A stretch of 64,000 bases of DNA from Eledone cirrhosa (lineage: Eukaryota): the NCBI GenBank assembly GCA_964016885.1, contig OZ024741.1, positions 250,046,001-250,110,000 of the forward strand, given 5' to 3'. Each line of letters begins with the position of its first letter. Positions within the stretch are counted from its first letter, which is position 1. Of this stretch, positions 26,001 through 40,000 are shown piece by piece. The position numbers and the translations under genes are program-made. The notes below the pieces were generated by a model. It ran no database searches and was not told where the DNA came from. It was given only the letters and a program-made list of their open reading frames with translations.

Positions 26001-27800
26001 TGTAAAAAAAATCAGGTGGAGATAATTTGTAAAAAAATCAGGGGGAGATAATTTGTAAAAAAAAATCAGGGGGAGATAATTTGTAAAAAAAATCAGGGGG
26101 AGATAATTTGTAAAAAAAATCAGGGGTAGATAATTTGTAAAAAAAAATCAGGGGGAGATAATTTGTAAAAAAAAATCAGGGGGAGATAATTTGTAAAAAA
26201 ATCAAGGGGAGATAATTTCCAGCCGTCCAAGGGGAGATAATTTTCAGCCGTCCAAGGAGAGGTAATTTCTAGCCGTCCAAGGGGAGATAATTTCCAGCCG
26301 TCCAAGGGGAGATAATTTTTTTAAAAAAATCAGGCGGAGATAATTTGTAAACAAAAATCAGGGGGAGATAATTTGTAAAAAAAAATCAGGGGGAGATAAT
26401 TTGTAAAAAAAAATCAGGGGGAGATAATTTGTAAAAAAAATCAAGGGGAGATAATTTCCAGCCGTCCAAGGGGAGGTAATATCTAGCCATCCAAGGGGAG
26501 ATAATTTCCAGCCGTCCAAGGGGAGATATTTTCCAGCCGTCCAAGGAGAGGTAATTTCTAGCCGTCCAAGGGGAGATAAGTTCCTGCCTCCAAGGGGAGA
26601 TAATTTCCAGCCAGCCAAGGGGAGATAATTTGTAAAAAAATCAGGGGGAGATAATTTGTAAAAAAAAAATCAGGGGGAGATAATTTGTAAAAAAATCAGG
26701 GGGAGATAATTTGTAAAAAAAAAATCAGGGGGAGATAATTTGTAAAAAAAATCAGGGGGAGATAATTTGTAAAAAAAATCAGGGGTAGATAATTTGTAAA
26801 AAAAATCAGGGGGAGATAATTTGTAAAAAAAATCAGGGGGAGATAATTTGTAAAAAAAATCAGGGGTAGATAATTTTCAGCCCTCCAAGGGGAGATAATT
26901 TCCATCCTTCCAAGGGGAGATAATTTCCAGCCGTCCAAGGGGAGATAATTTCCCGCCAGCCAAGGAGAGATAACATTTAAAAAAATCAGGCGGAGATAAT
27001 TTGTAAAAAAAATCAGGGGGAGATAATTTGTAAAAAAATTAGGGGGAGATAATTTGTAAAAAAAATCAGGGGTAGATAATTTCCAGCCGTCCAAGGGGAG
27101 ATAATTTCCATCCTTCCAAGGGGAGATAATTTCCAGCCGTCCAAGGGGAGATAATTTCCCGCCAGCCAAGGAGAGATAATATTTAAAAAAATCAGGCGGA
27201 GATAATTTGTAAAAAAAATCAGGGGGAGATAATTTGTAAAAAAATCAGGGGGAGATAATTTGTAAAAAAAAATCAGGGGGAGATAATTTGTAAAAAAAAT
27301 CAGGGGGAGATAATTTGTAAAAAAAAATCAGGGGTAGATAATTTGTAAAAAAAAATCAGGTGGAGATAATTTGTAAAAAAAAATCAGGGGGAGATAATTT
27401 GTAAAAAAATCAAGGGGAGATAATTTCCAGCCGTCCAAGGGGAGATAATTTTCAGCCGTCCAAGGAGAGGTAATTTCTAGCCGTCCAAGGGGAGATAATT
27501 TCCAGCCGTCCAAGGGGAGATAATTTTTTTTTAAAAATCAGGCGGAGATAATTTGTAAACAAAAATCAGGGGGAGATAATTTGTAAAAAAAAATCAGGGG
27601 GAGATAAATTGTAAAAAAAAATCAGGGGGAGATAATTTGTAAAAAAAATCAAGGGGAGATAATTTCCAGCCGTCCAAGGGGAGGTAATATCTAGCCATCC
27701 AAGGGGAGATAATTTCTAGCCGTCCAAGGGGAGATAATTTCCAGCCGTCCAAGGGGAGATAATATCCAGCCGTCCAAGGAGACATATTTTCCAGCCGTCC
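23100..27800. repeat. Third, displaced copy of the ~6.0-10.6 kb / ~33.6-38.5 kb segment
   Basis: Same order of rare markers: B6 module, CAGGGTGAG + GTAAAAGAAAAA, TTTGTCAAAA, GGGGCAGAT, CAGGTGGAG, shortened B7 with GTTCCTGCC, TTTTCAGCCCTCC. ORF offsets 25573/36214 and 26358/37081/9209. Confidence 0.8.
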
Positions 27801-30800
27801 AAGGAGACGTAATTTCTAGCCGTCCAAGGGGAGATAATTTCCAGCCGTCCAAGGGGAGATAATTTTTTTAAAAAAATCAGGCGGAGATAATTTGTAAACA
27901 AAAATCAGGGGGAGATAATTTGTAAAAAAAATCAGGGGGAGATAATTTGTAAAAAAAATCAGGGGGAGATAATTTGTAAAAAAAATCAAGGGGAGATAAT
28001 TTGTAAAAAAAAATCAGGGGTAGATAATTTGTAAAAAAAAATCAGGGGGAGATAATTTGTAAAAAAAAAATCAGGGGGAGATAATTTGTAAAAAAATCAA
28101 GGGGAGATAATTTCCAGCCGTCCAAGGGGAGATAATTTTAAGCCGTCCAAGGAGAGGTAATTTCTAGCCGTCCAAGGGGAGATAATCTCCAGCCAGCCAA
28201 GGGGAGATAATTTGTAAAAAAATCAGGGGTAGATAATTTGTAAAAAAAAATCAGGGGGAGATAATTTGTAAAAAAAATCAGGGGGAGATAATTTGTAAAA
28301 AAAATCAGGGGTAGATAATTTCCAGCCGTCCAAGGGGAGATAATTTCCATCCTTCCAAGGGGAGATAATTTCCAGCCGTCCAAGGGGAGATAATTTCCCG
28401 CCAGCCAAGGAGAGATAACATTTAAAAAAATCAGGCGGAGATAATTTGTAAAAAAAATCAGGGGGAGATAATTTGTAAAAAAATCAGGGGGAGATAATTT
28501 GTAAAAAAAATCAGGGGTAGATAATTTCCAGCCGTCCAAGGGGAGATAATTTCCATCCTTCCAAGGGGAGATAATTTCCAGCCGTCCAAGGGGAGATAAT
28601 TTCCCGCCAGCCAAGGAGAGATAATATTTAAAAAAATCAGGCGGAGATAATTTGAAAAAAAAATCAGGGGGAGATAATTTGTAAAAAAATCAGGGGGAGA
28701 TAATTTGTAAAAAAAAATCAGGGGAGATAATTTGTAAAAAAAATCAGGGGGTGATAATTTGTAAAAAAAATCAGGGGTAGATAATTTGTAAAAAAAAATC
28801 AGGGGGAGATAATTTGTAAAAAAAAAATCAGGGGGAGATAATTTGTAAAAAAATCAAGGGGAGATAATTTCCAACCGTCCAAGGGGAGATAATTTTCAGC
28901 CGTCCAAGGAGGTAATTTCTAGCCGTCCAAGGGGAGATAATTTCCAGCCGTCCAAGGGGAGATAATTTTTTTAAAAAAATCAGGCGGAGATAATTTGTAA
29001 ACAAAAATCAGGGGGAGATAATTTGTAAAAAAAAATCAGGGGGAGATAATTTGTAAAAAAAATCAAGGGGAGATAATTTCCAGCCGTCCAAGGGGAGGTA
29101 ATATCTAGCCATCCAAAGGGAGATAATTTCCAGCCGTCCAAGGGGAGATAATTTCCAGCCGTCCAAGGGGAGATAATATCAAGCCGTCCAAGGAGACATA
29201 TTTTCCAGCCGTCCAAGGAGAGGTAATTTCTAGCCGTCCAAGGGGAGATAAGTTCCAGCCTCCAAGGGGAGATAATTTCCAGCCAGCCAAGGGGAGATAA
29301 TTTGTAAAAAAATCAGGGGGAGATAATTTGTAAAAAAAAAATCAGGGGGAGATAATTTGTAAAAAAATCAGGGGGAGATAATTTGTAAAAAAAAAATCAG
29401 GGGGAGATAATTTGTAGAAAAAATCAGGGGTTGATAATTTGTAAAAAAAATCAGGGGGAGATAATTTGTAAAAAAAATCAGGAGGAGATAATTTGTAAAA
29501 GAAATCAGGGGTAGATAATTTTCAGTCGTCCAAGGGGAGATAATTTCCATCCTTCCAAGGGGAGATAATTTCCAGCCGTCCAAGGGGAGATAATTTCCCG
29601 CCAGCCAAGGAGAGATAACATTTAAAAAAATCAGGCGGAGATAATTTGTAAAAAAAATCAGGGGGAGATAATTTGTAAAAAAATCAGGGGGAGATAATTT
29701 GTAAAAAAAATCAGCGGTAGATAATTTCCAGCCGTCCAAGGGGAGATAATTTCCATCCTTCCAAGGGGAGATAATTTCCAGCCGTCCAAGGGGAGATAAT
29801 TTCCCGCCAGCCAAGGAGAGATAATATTTAAAAAAATCAGGCGGAGATAATTTGTAAAAAAAATCAGGGGGAGATAATTTGTAAAAAAATCAGGGGGAGA
29901 TAATTTGTAAAAAAAAATCAGGGGGAGATAATTTGTAAAAAAAATCAGGGGGAGATAATTTGTAAAAAAAAATCAGGGGTAGATAATTTGTAAAAAAAAA
30001 TCAGGGGGAGATAATTTGTAAAAAAAAATCAGGGGGAGATAATTTGTAAAAAAATCAAAGGGAGATAATTTCCAGCCGTCCAAGGGGAGATAATTTTCAG
30101 CCGTCCAAGGAGAGGTAATTTCTAGCCGTCCAAGGGGAGATAATTTCCAGCCGTCCAAGGGGAGATAATTTTTTTAAAAAAATCAGGCGGAGATAATTTG
30201 TAAACAAAAATCAGGGGGAGATAATTTGTAAAAAAAAATCAGGGGGAGATAATTTGTAAAAAAAAATCAGGGGGAGATAATTTGTAAAAAAAATCAAGGG
30301 GAGATAATTTCCAGCCGTCCAAGGGGAGGTAATATCTAGCCATCCAAGGGGAGATAATTTCCAGCCGTCCAAGGGGAGATAATTTCCAGCCGTCCAAGGG
30401 GAGATAATATCCAGCCGTCCAAGGAGACATATTTTCCAGCCGTCCAAGGAGAGGTAATTTCTAGCCGTCCAAGGGGAGATAAGTTCCAGCCTCCAAGGGG
30501 AGATAATTTCCAGCCAGCCAAGGGGAGATAATTTGTAAAAAAATCAGGGGGAGATAATTTGTAAAAAAAAAATCAGGGGGAGATAATTTGTAAAAAAATC
30601 AGGGGGAGATAATTTGTAAAAAAAAATCAGGGGGAGATAATTTGTAAAAAAAATCAGGGGGAGATAATTTGTAAAAAAAATCAGGGGTAGATAATTTGTA
30701 AAAAAAATCAGGGGGAGATAATTTGTAAAAAAAATCAGGGGGAGATAATTTGTAAAAAAAATCAGGAGGAGATAATTTGTAAAAAAATCAGGGGGAGATA

Positions 30801-33800
30801 ATTTGTAAAAAAAATCAGGGGTAGATAATTTCCAGCCGTCCAAGGGGAGATAATTTCCATCCTTCCAAGGGGAGATAATTTCCAGCCGTCCAAGGGGAGA
30901 TAATTTCCCGCCAGCCAAGGAGAGATAATATTTAAAAAAATCAGGCGGAGATAATTTGTAAAAAAAATCAGGGGGAGATAATTTGTAAAAAAATCAGGCG
31001 GAGATAATTTGTAAAAAAAAATCAGGGGGAGATAATTTGTAAAAAAAATCAGGGGGAGATAATTTGTAAAAAAAAATCAGGGGTAGATAATTTGTAAAAA
31101 AAAATCAGGGGGAGATAATTTGTAAAAAAATCAAGGGGAGATAATTTCCAGCCGTCCGAGGGGAGATAATTTTCAGCCGTCCAAGGAGAGGTAATTTCTA
31201 GCCGTCCAAGGGGAGATAATTTCCAGCCGTCCAAGGGGAGATAATTTTTTAAAAAAATCAGGCGGAGATAATTTGTAAACAAAAATCAGGGGGAGATAAT
31301 TTGTAAAAAAAAATCAGGGGGAGATAATTTGTAAAAAAAAATCAGGGGGAGATAATTTGTAAAAAAAATCAAGGGGAGATAATTTCCAGCCGTCCAAGGG
31401 GAGGTAATATCTAGCCATCCAAGGGGAGATAATTTCCAGCCGTCCAAGGGGAGATAATTTCCAGCCGTCCAAGGGGAGATAATATCCAGCCGTCCAAGGA
31501 GACATATTTTCCAGCCGTCCAAGGAGAGGTAATTTCTAGCCGTCCAAGGGGAGATAAGTTCCAGCCTCCAAGGGGAGATAATTTCCAGCCAGCCAAGGGG
31601 AGATAATTTGTAAAAAATATCAAGGGGAGATAATTTCCAGCCCTCCAAGGGGCTATAATTTCCAGCCGTGCAAGGGGAGATAATTTCCAGCCGTCCAAGG
31701 GGAGATAATTTCCATCCTTCCAAGGGGAGATAATTTCCAGCCGTCCAAGGGGAGATAATTTCCCGCCAGCCAAGGGAAGATAATTTTTTAAAAAATCAGG
31801 CGGAGATTGTAAAAAAAATCAGGGGGAGATAATTTGTAAAAAAAATCAGGGGGAGATAATTTGTAAAAAAAATCAGGGGGAGATAATTTGTAAAAAAAAT
31901 CAGGGGTAGATAATTTTCAGCCGTCCAAGGGGAGATAATTTCCATCCTTCCAAGGGGAGATAATTTCCAGCCGTCCAAGGGGAGATAATTTCCCGCCAGC
32001 CAAGGAGAGATAACATTTAAAAAAATCAGGCAGAGATAATTTGTAAAAAAAATCAGGGGGAGATAATTTGTAAAAAAATCAGGGGGAGATAATTTGTAAA
32101 AAAAATCAGGGGTAGATAATTTCCAGCCGTCCAAGGGGAGATAATTTCCATCCTTCCAAGGGGAGATAATTTCCAGCCGTCCAAGGGGAGATAATTTCCC
32201 GCCAGCCAAGGAGAGATAATATTTAAAAAAATCAGGCGGAGATAATTTGTAAAAAAAATCAGGGGGAGATAATTTGTAAAAAAATCAGGGGGAGATAATT
32301 TGTAAAAAAAAATCAGGGGGAGATAATTTGTAAAAAAAATCAGGGGGAGATAATTTGTAAAAAAAAATCAGGGTTAGATAATTTGTAAAAAAAAATCAGG
32401 GGGAGATAATTTGTAAAAAAAAAATCAGGGGGAGATAATTTGTAAAAAAATCAAGGGGAGATAATTTCCAGCCGTCCAAGGGGAGATAATTTTCAGCCGT
32501 CCAAGGAGAGGTAATTTCTAGCCGTCCAAGGGGAGATAATTTCCAGCCGTCCAAGGGGAGATAATTTTTTTAAAAAAATCAGGCGGAGATAATTTGTAAA
32601 CAAAAATCAGGGGGAGATAATTTGTAAAAAAAAATCAGGGGGAGATAATTTGTAAAAAAAAATCAGGGGGAGATAATTTGTAAAAAAAATCAAGGGGAGA
32701 TAATTTCCAGCCGTCCAAGGGGAGGTAATATCTAGCCATCCAAGGGGAGATAATTTCCAGCCGTCCAAGGGGAGATAATTTCCAGCCGTCCAAGGGGAGA
32801 TAATATCCAGCCGTCCAAGGAGACATATTTTCCAGCCGTCCAAGGAGACGTAATTTCTAGCCGTCCAAGGGGAGATAAGTTCCAGCCTCCAAGGGGAGAT
32901 AATTTCCAGCCAGCCAAGGGGAGATAATTTGTAAAAAAATTAGGGGGAGATAATTTGTAAAAAAAAATTAGGGGGAGATAATTTGTAAAAAAAATCAGGG
33001 GGAGATAATTTGTAAAAAAAAATCAGGGGGAGATAATTTGTAAAAAAAATCGAGGGGAGATAATTTCCAGCCGTCCAAGGGGAGATAATTTTCAGCCGTC
33101 CAAGGAGAGGTAAATTCTAGCCGTCCAAGGAGATATAATTTCCAGCCGTCCAAGGGGAGATAATTTCCAGCCGTCCAAGGGGAGATAATTTTTTAAAAAA
33201 AATCAGGCGGAGATAATTTGTAAACAAAAATCAGGGGGAGATAATTTTTTAAAAAAAATCAGGGGGAGATAATTTGTAAAAAAAAATCAGGGGGAGATAA
33301 TTTGTAAAAAAAATCAAGGGGAGATAATTTCCAGCCGTCCAAGGGGAGGTAATATCTAGCCATCCAAGGGGAGATAATTTCCAGCCGTCCAAGGGGAGAT
33401 AATTTCCAGCCGTCCAAGGGGAGATAATATCCAGCCGTCCAAGGAGACATATTTTCCAGCCGTCCAAGGAGAGGTAATTTCTAGCCGTCCAAGGGGAGAT
33501 AAGTTCCAGCCTCCAAGGGGAGATAATTTCCAGCCAGCCAAGGGGAGATAATTTGTAAAAAAATCAGGGGGGAGATAATTTGTAAAAAAAATCAGGGGGA
33601 GATAATTTGAAAAAAAAATCAGGGGGAGATAATTTGTAAAAAATATCAAGGGGAGATAATTTCCAGCCCTCCAAGGGGCTATAATTTCCAGCCGTGCAAG
33701 GGGAGATAATTTCCAGCCGTCCAAGGGGAGATAATTTCCATCCTTCCAAGGGGAGATAATTTCCAGCCGTCCAAGGGGAGATAATTTCCCGCCAGCCAAG

Positions 33801-36800
33801 GGAAGATAATTTTTTAAAAAATCAGGCGGAGATTGTAAAAAAAATCAGGGGGAGATAATTTGTAAAAAAATCAGGGGGAGATAATTTGTAAAAAAAAAAT
33901 CAGGGGGAGATAATTTGTAAAAAAAAATCAGGGGGAGATAATTTGTAAAAAAAATCAGGGGGAGATAATTTGTAAAAAAAATCAGGGGTAGATAATTTGT
34001 AAAAAAAATCAGGGGGAGATAATTTGTAAAAAAAATCAGGGGGAGATAATTTGTAAAAAAAATCAGGGGTAGATAATTTTCAGCCGTCCAAGGGGAGATA
34101 ATTTCCATCCTTCCAAGGGGAGATAATTTCCAGCCGTCCAAGGGGAGATAATTTCCCGCCAGCCAAGGAGAGATAACATTTAAAAAAATCAGGCGGAGAT
34201 AATTTGTAAAAAAATCAGGGGGAGATAATTTGTAAAAAAAAATCAGGGGTAGATAATTTCCAGCCGTCCAAGGGGAGATAATTTCCATCCTTCCAAGGGG
34301 AGATAATTTCCAGCCGTCCAAGGGGAGATAATTTCCCGCCAGCCAAGGAGAGATAATATTTAAAAAAATCAGGCGGAGATAATTTGTAAAAAAAATCAGG
34401 GGGAGATAATTTGTAAAAAAATCAGGGGGAGATAATTTGTAAAAAAAAATCAGGGGGAGATAATTTGTAAAAAAAAATCAGGGGGAGATAATTTGTAAAA
34501 AAAAATCAGGGGTAGATAATTTGTAAAAAAAAATCAGGGTGAGATAATTTGTAAAAGAAAAATCAGGGGGAGATAATTTGTAAAAAAATCAAGGGGAGAT
34601 AATTTCCAGCCGTCCAAGGGGAGATAATTTTCAGCCGTCCAAGGAGAGGTAATTTCTAGCCGTCCAAGGGGAGATAATTTCCAGCCGTCCAAGGGGAGAT
34701 AATTTTTTTAAAAAAATCAGGCGGAGATAATTTGTAAACAAAAATCAGGGGGAGATAATTTGTAAAAAAAAATCAGGGGGAGATAATTTGTAAAAAAAAA
34801 TCAGGGGGAGATAATTTGTAAAAAAAAATCAAGGGGAGATAATTTGTCAAAAAAAATCAGGGGTAGATAATTTGTAAAAAAAAATCAGGGGGAGATAATT
34901 TGTAAAAAAAAAATCAGGGGGAGATAATTTGTAAAAAAATCAAGGGGAGATAATTTCCAGCCGTCCAAGGGGAGATAATTTTCAGCCGTCCAAGGAGAGG
35001 TAATTTCTAGCCGTCCAAGGGGAGATAATTTCCAGCCAGCCAAGGGGAGATAATTTGTAAAAAAATCAGGGGTAGATAATTTGTAAAAAAAAATCAGGGG
35101 GAGATAATTTGTAAAAAAAATCAGGGGGAGATAATTTGTAAAAAAAATCAGGGGTAGATAATTTCCAGCCGTCCAAGGGGAGATAATTTCCATCCTTCCA
35201 AGGGGAGATAATTTCCAGCCGTCCAAGGGGAGATAATTTCCCGCCAGCCAAGGAGAGATAACATTTAAAAAAATCAGGCGGAGATAATTTGTAAAAAAAA
35301 TCAGGGGGAGATAATTTGTAAAAAAATCAGGGGGAGATAATTTGTAAAAAAAATCAGGGGTAGATAATTTCCAGCCGTCCAAGGGGAGATAATTTCCATC
35401 CTTCCAAGGGGAGATAATTTCCAGCCGTCCAAGGGGAGATAATTTCCCGCCAGCCAAGGAGAGATAACATTTAAAAAAATCAGGCGGAGATAATTTGTAA
35501 AAAAAATCAGGGGGAGATAATTTGTAAAAAAATCAGGGGGAGATAATTTGTAAAAAAAAATCAGGGGAGATAATTTGTAAAAAAAATCAGGGGGAGATAA
35601 TTTGTAAAAAAAAATCAGGGGTAGATAATTTGTAAAAAAAAATCAGGGGGAGATAATTTGTAAAAAAAAAATCAGGGGGAGATAATTTGTAAAAAAATCA
35701 AGGGCAGATAATTTCCAGCCGTCCAAGGGGAGATAATTTTCAGCCGTCCAAGGAGGTAATTTCTAGCCGTCCAAGGGGAGATAATTTCCAGCCGTCCAAG
35801 GGGAGATAATTTTTTTAAAAAAATCAGGCGGAGATAATTTGTAAACAAAAATCAGGGGGAGATAATTTGTAAAAAAAAATCAGGGGGAGATAATTTGTAA
35901 AAAAAAATCAGGGGGAGATAATTTGTAAAAAAAATCAAGGGGAGATAATTTCCAGCCGTCCAAGGGGAGGTAATATCTAGCCATCCAAGGGGAGATAATT
36001 TCCAGCCGTCCAAGGGGAGATAATTTCCAGCCGTCCAAGGGGAGATAATATCCAGCCGTCCAAGGAGACATATTTTCCAGCCGTCCAAGGAGAGGTAATT
36101 TCTAGCCGTCCAAGGGGAGATAAGTTCCAGCCTCCAAGGGGAGATAATTTCCAGCCAGCCAAGGGGAGATAATTTGTAAAAAAATCAGGGGGAGATAATT
36201 TGTAAAAAAAAAATCAGGGGCAGATAATTTGTAAAAAAATCAGGGGGAGATAATTTGTAAAAAAAATCAGGGGGAGATAATTTGTAGAAAAAATCAGGGG
36301 TAGATAATTTGTAAAAAAAATCAGGGGGAGATAATTTGTAAAAAAAATCAGGGGGAGATAATTTGTAAAAAAAATCAGGGGTAGATAATTTTCAGCCGTC
36401 CAAGGGGAGATAATTTCCATCCTTCCAAGGGGAGATAATTTCCAGCCGTCCAAGGGGAGATAATTTCCCGCCAGCCAAGGAGAGATAACATTTTAAAAAA
36501 TCAGGCGGAGATAATTTGTAAAAAAAATCAGGGGGAGATAATTTGTAAAAAAATCAGGGGGAGATAATTTGTAAAAAAAATCAGGGGTAGATAATTTCCA
36601 GCCGTCCAAGGGGAGATAATTTCCATCCTTCCAAGGGGAGATAATTTCCAGCCGTCCAAGGGGAGATAATTTCCCGCCAGCCAAGGAGAGATAATATTTA
36701 AAAAAATCAGGCGGAGATAATTTGTAAAAAAAATCAGGTGGAGATAATTTGTAAAAAAATCAGGGGGAGATAATTTGTAAAAAAAAATCAGGGGGAGATA

Positions 36801-37099
36801 ATTTGTAAAAAAAATCAGGGGGAGATAATTTGTAAAAAAAATCAGGGGTAGATAATTTGTAAAAAAAAATCAGGGGGAGATAATTTGTAAAAAAAAAATC
36901 AGGGGGAGATAATTTGTAAAAAAATCAAGGGGAGATAATTTCCAGCCGTCCAAGGGGAGATAATTTTCAGCCGTCCAAGGAGAGGTAATTTCTAGCCGTC
37001 CAAGGGGAGATAATTTCCAGCCGTCCAAGGGGAGATAATTTTTTTTAAAAAATCAGGCGGAGATAATTTGTAAACAAAAATCAGGGGGAGATAATTTGT

Positions 37100-40000
37100 A
37101 AAAAAAAATCAGGGGGAGATAATTTGTAAAAAAAAATCAGGGGGAGATAATTTGTAAAAAAAATCAAGGGGAGATAATTTCCAGCCGTCCAAGGGGAGGT
37201 AATATCTAGCCATCCAAGGGGAGATAATTTCCAGCCGTCCAAGGGGAGATATTTTCCAGCCGTCCAAGGAGAGGTAATTTCTAGCCGTCCAAGGGGAGAT
37301 AAGTTCCTGCCTCCAAGGGGAGATAATTTCCAGCCAGCCAAGGGGAGATAATTTGTAAAAAAATCAGGGGGAGATAATTTGTAAAAAAAAAATCAGGGGG
37401 AGATAATTTGTAAAAAAATCAGGGGGAGATAATTTGTAAAAAAAAAATCAGGGGGAGATAATTTGTAAAAAAAATCAGGGGGAGATAATTTGTAAAAAAA
37501 ATCAGGGGTAGATAATTTGTAAAAAAAATCAGGGGGAGATAATTTGTAAAAAAAATCAGGGGGAGATAATTTGTAAAAAAAATCAGGGGTAGATAATTTT
37601 CAGCCCTCCAAGGGGAGATAATTTCCAGCCGTCCAAGGGGAGATAATTTCCCGCCAGCCAAGGAGAGATAACATTTAAAAAAATCAGGCGGAGATAATTT
37701 GTAAAAAAAATCAGGGGGAGATAATTTGTAAAAAAATTAGGGGGAGATAATTTGTAAAAAAAATCAGGGGTAGATAATTTCCAGCCGTCCAAGGGGAGAT
37801 AATTTCCATCCTTCCAAGGGGAGATAATTTCCAGCCGTCCAAGGGGAGATAATTTCCCGCCAGCCAAGGAGAGATAATATTTAAAAAAATCAGGCGGAGA
37901 TAATTTGTAAAAAAAATCAGGGGGAGATAATTTGTAAAAAAATCAGGGGGAGATAATTTGTAAAAAAAAATCAGGGGGAGATAATTTGTAAAAAAAATCA
38001 GGGGGAGATAATTTGTAAAAAAAATCAGGTGTAGATAATTTGTAAAAAAAAATCAGGGGGAGATAATTTGTAAAAAAAAATCAGGGGGAGATAATTTGTA
38101 AAAAAATCAAGGGGAGATAATTTCCAGCCGTCCAAGGGGAGATAATTTTCAGCCGTCCAAGGAGAGGTAATTTCTAGCCGTCCAAGGGGAGATAATTTCC
38201 AGCCGTCCAAGGGGAGATAATTTTTTTTTAAAAATCAGGCGGAGATAATTTGTAAACAAAAATCAGGGGCAGATAATTTGTAAAAAAAAATCAGGGGGAG
38301 ATAATTTGTAAAAAAAAATCAGGGGGAGATAATTTGTAAAAAAAATCAAGGGGAGATAATTTCCAGCCATCCAAGGGGAGGTAATATCTAGCCATCCAAG
38401 GGGAGATAATTTCCAGCCGTCCAAGGGGAGATAATTTCCAGCCGTCCAAGGGGAGATAATATCCAGCCGTCCAAGGAGACATATTTTCCAGCCGTCCAAG
38501 GAGACGTAATTTCTAGCCGTCCAAGGGGAGATAAGTTCCAGCCTCCAAGGGGAGATAATTTCCAGCCAGCCAAGGGGAGATAATTTGTAAAAAAAAATTA
38601 GGGGGAGATAATTTGTAAAAAAAAATCAGGGGGAGATAATTTGTAAAAAAAAATCAGGGGGAGATAATTTGTAAAAAAAAATCAGGGGGAGATAATTTGT
38701 AAAAAAAAAATCAGGCGGAGATAATTTGTAAAAAAATCAAGGGGAGATAATTTCCAGCCGTCCAAGGGGAGATAATTTTCAGCCGTCCAAGGAGAGGTAA
38801 TTTCTAGCCGTCCAAGGGGAGATAATTTCCAGCCGTCCAAGGGGAGATAATTTTTTTAAAAAAATCAGGCGGAGATAATTTGTAAACAAAAATCAGGGGG
38901 AGATAATTTGTAAAAAAAAATCAGGGGGAGATAATTTGTAAAAAAAATCAGGGGGAGATAATTTGTAAAAAAAATCAAGGGGAGATAATTTGTAAAAAAA
39001 AATCAGGGGTAGATAATTTGTAAAAAAAAATCAGGGGGAGATAATTTGTAAAAAAAAAATCAGGGGGAGATAATTTGTAAAAAAATCAAGGGGAGATAAT
39101 TTCCAGCCGTCCAAGGGGAGATAATTTTAAGCCGTCCAAGGAGAGGTAATTTCTAGCCGTCCAAGGGGAGATAATTTCCAGCCAGCCAAGGGGAGATAAT
39201 TTGTAAAAAAATCAGGGGTAGATAATTTGTAAAAAAAAATCAGGGGGAGATAATTTGTAAAAAAAATCAGGGGGAGATAATTTGTAAAAAAAATCAGGGG
39301 TAGATAATTTCCAGCCGTCCAAGGGGAGATAATTTCCATCCTTCCAAGGGGAGATAATTTCCAGCCGTCCAAGGGGAGATAATTTCCCGCCAGCCAAGGA
39401 GAGATAACATTTAAAAAAATCAGGCGGAGATAATTTGTAAAAAAAATCAGGGGGAGATAATTTGTAAAAAAATCAGGGGGAGATAATTTGTAAAAAAAAT
39501 CAGGGGTAGATAATTTCCAGCCGTCCAAGGGGAGATAATTTCCATCCTTCCAAGGGGAGATAATTTCCAGCCGTCCAAGGGGAGATAATTTCCCGCCAGC
39601 CAAGGAGAGATAATATTTAAAAAAATCAGGCGGAGATTTGTAAAAAAAATCAGGGGGAGATAATTTGTAAAAAAATCAGGGGGAGATAATTTGTAAAAAA
39701 AAATCAGGGGAGATAATTTGTAAAAAAAATCAGGGGGTGATAATTTGTAAAAAAAATCAGGGGTAGATAATTTGTAAAAAAAAATCAGGGGGAGTTAATT
39801 TGTAAAAAAAAAATCAGGGGGAGATAATTTGTAAAAAAATCAAGGGGAGATAATTTCCAACCGTCCAAGGGGAGATAATTTTCAGCCGTCCAAGGAGGTA
39901 ATTTCTAGCCGTCCAAGGGGAGATAATTTCCAGCCGTCCAAGGGGAGATAATTTTTTTAAAAAAATCAGGCGGAGATAATTTGTAAACAAAAATCAGGGG

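Larger units (their letters stand above)
1..28182. repeat. ~28.2-kb super-repeat, copy 1 (phase set by the window start)
   Basis: The rare variant TAATCTCCAGCCAGCC at 1 recurs at 28183. ORF landmarks are offset by 28182 (41/28223, 798/28980, 1186/29368) and stay colinear at 27.6-28.2 kb offsets (4159/31796, 7012/34885, 13381/41222, 16455/44689). Positions ~19.7-28.2 kb have no colinear partner inside the window. Confidence 0.8.
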